A DNA stretch of 64,000 nt, taken from the NCBI GenBank assembly GCA_000004695.1, contig CM000155.2, forward strand, positions 3,392,001 through 3,456,000, written 5' to 3'. The DNA is from Dictyostelium discoideum (taxonomy: Eukaryota). The position numbers and the translations under genes were made by a program. The notes beneath the pieces are model-generated. The model had not been told where the DNA came from. It saw nothing but the letters and a program-made list of their open reading frames with translations, and did no database searches. Positions 63,801 through 64,000 of this stretch are shown here, piece by piece (the first letter of the stretch is position 1; the number at the start of each line of letters is the position of its first letter).

Positions 63801-64000
63801 AATTTTTCAATATCAAATTTTCTAACGACTTCATCATTGTGTTTTGTAATTGAAAATTTACCACTACATGAGAGTGACCATTTATTTGTTTTTTTATCCT
63901 TATAATGGAATGAAACACGATATTCATTTTTACCACTTGGTGTGATATTTGTTGATAAATAAGTTTTCATTGATGGTAATAATAAAACTGCAGATTTAAA
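57815..64000 (-). CDS. Type I PKS, near-identical paralogue of the 46259..56362 gene, convergent orientation; 5' part lies beyond the window
   Basis: The reading frame is open from the window edge (…[41 protein letters not shown]…) to a stop at 57815. Same domain order (DH-cMT-ER-KR-ACP-R) and long identical stretches to the plus-strand PKS. Confidence 0.9.
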   Translation of the reverse strand, partial: FKSAVLLLPSMKTYLSTNITPSGKNEYRVSFHYKDKKTNKWSLSCSGKFSITKHNDEVVRKFDIEKLKAKTNFVTIQKKELYETIKYKAQFTFEGKFQSIEEVSYGHNCCLAKVPLTTLSSYDNQSFLNLCVIDSAFQPFCAVKENKEPMLFSSIENLKFFSKNIPKSAEDREKHKFVYTYTQIKEKKCGSYFVSILTMLQDGTILFFSPLVVYTQLTPYKNQYIIESPNDNLYKICYQSKDSTLPSPLILKDKFDQLNFETTDEQSQIIRKALSNCLFAIFKRNNNLFTKEEIKSQSIDYLIEKYCLIIDNDDDNDGIDDNSILVNGGVASIDDMVLASTAGKETTILNNGKRVLAKLIFQILKSNVDLIDWDNIATFTNTSSKQQLNIIQAIDNLIVTPLSVTNQVTESDLISKTQLDIINNRMKIKQYELISNTIATDLIKPIINNSILFRILEINSGFGYLSEMIINKINQLLIEFENSYEIEIEFTFTLNGTNQDDNKEISNSIKEKLTNLLISKSSISIIFKELNLNESFLEQKFNPSYYDLIVLTNLSTITNLNESIEFINSILYPNGHLIIIDTKNQSNFQDYEIFEQFLIFDNFGGGIVDDNIDWNQIFQNNNLNNAIVTPNIQPHVIQVQKSKLYDKVMSTLDDITGPYDQIIIIGDQMQDTNEDLFQNPIMDINKQGTDIYRIKTIEEFEKHCLTIPPTDKSILFFISAMNNLSLGDYKQVNFDYIKINQYLLANKLRCPFILATRSALKESTNALAASLIGSFRYFSEFSNILNLYSFDFGEMVFTIASGSPFKWMNMAIDLLDPNKHIQREYIFRNGNETWFERIGKIKRVKSKYQSKSYLDDKEDSLVARLNQNLEYQLEAKQSNLKENEIEVQVVATGINFKDSLIFRNLVPPVLANHDGDYSKPEFGIECSGIVSRIGSKVTKFKVGDSVLGISWKSTSSHAINYQDAFVLKPDNISFVEAASIPLVYCTSFYSLFYSGNLKIENNESVLIHQASGGIGLACLNILKSCGFKSKLYVTVGSKEKEDYLRETYGDFITGIYSSRNTDFLENIKTDLSKINNNNNEIKENNTINESFDDVDQILPFIHKKGVDLIINTLPFEFLDTNFLLLGQGGRIVDLSVNHLNNNDTTDFSKFKWFIGYSTVEIFYNGFEKSKHILQLIIDMIKNKELPLIPIKEYPINQIKDAIEFIGQRKHIGKIVINHKVGLRDGCSNLVQDTIKSLQNHLKDNYLVASPDFKFMGDSLGKTILLTGQTGLSLSIIQISLLNNYQDLEGIIVISKSPIRNELQYLISFAKYLSRKTRVHFKQADCSKFDEISKAISEIYEKDDPNLSPVESIFHNAFVPVMSEPQDIGMKHIDDAYDAKTTGAMNLYLLAILNGWKLKNFFFSSSVASVSGSSRQAGYCGANLVLESIAKTIQSQGIRCSTICWGSIGDIGYVSRNESVSKYVHGLGNISMPSNMVLGSLDLLLQQPTLSTDTTIVASFDFNNLPKLSTNGSNNLYYKFDYFTNPIQSNQNNCSSDDLSIREEILAKFSEFLSVDDQSKINLDIKLLDYGADSMVIVELKNYLDKTYTPNILSIQQLQNVTINQLIQSVTDAMNKLNGNENKSIKKSNKLVQQKQIDWVKEIKLDSSIKPTDEMIKLFKQLQQQLASPTTTTSNTVFLTGSSGFIGIYILFYLIKSVNCKIVYCLIRRKTIEEATTFLIEFLKVHQLYNQLTTDEINKIKPVLGDYTLDSFGLSVDQYTNLSNNVDLIINSAASVSFLMDYEDSKVESVEGVLQCLRFSCHNKLKKFVQVSTLGVYSDDKRDNLDDYTFAQIDPKIIQSKNSIINGYLQGKIVSEYHIKEAANRGIPCCIIRLPFIGPNPSTGVGNDSDFFQTLLQSCYAMSTYPKQESGLQLYSTPVTWVAQNLSFISMNPKCWSTSSNNPSSISENLTCYNLFGESICFNVLLTELASQLKWKPTPPGEFLKKLKSFPNEPSCNKLHVVLKNSKNLLLNIYIPGNYKLNPTLKQLLQSNNTYKGWKITPEMILTHLSFTFKKIKFINYK

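Overview
AT-rich (~75-80% A+T) nuclear DNA that looks like Dictyostelium discoideum. The evidence is poly-Asn/Gln coding tracts, short AT-rich GT...AG introns, tRNA genes with a downstream external B-box, a tRNA-targeted non-LTR retroelement, and type I PKS genes. Read left to right, the window holds about 25 protein genes: an LRR protein; a coiled-coil protein; a HAD hydrolase; a membrane PHP-domain phosphoesterase; an FHA+PBZ (APLF-like) DNA-damage protein; a Sel1-repeat protein; a 4-exon aldo-keto reductase; a NAD-IDH subunit; a mitochondrial carrier; a PhLP3/TXNDC9-like thioredoxin protein; SF3a subunit 2; a 1441-aa N/Q-rich protein; a SAM-domain protein; a PPR-like protein; and an OGFr-domain protein. 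The right half is an accessory-looking region with two tandem O-methyltransferase genes, a decayed GH38 alpha-mannosidase pseudogene, an hssA/2C/7E-like small gene, and tRNA-Tyr(GTA, intron-containing) with a TRE3-like retroelement about 90 bp downstream that runs into an assembly gap. It also contains a duplicated 1.2-kb unit, tRNA-Leu(TAA) plus a ubiquitin-fold/Cys-rich/CaaX gene, present twice. It ends with two near-identical multidomain type I PKS genes (KS-AT-DH-cMT-ER-KR-ACP-R) arranged convergently as an inverted duplication, plus a 3' PKS remnant pseudogene just upstream of the first PKS. The OMT pair and PKS pair together look like a candidate methylated-polyketide biosynthetic locus shaped by recent duplication, inversion and gene conversion. 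A compact nested-hairpin element and a local repeat family lie in the inter-copy region. A tRNA-Leu(AAG) sits further left. Sequence quality drops (N calls) around 27.1-27.7 kb and 39.6 kb.
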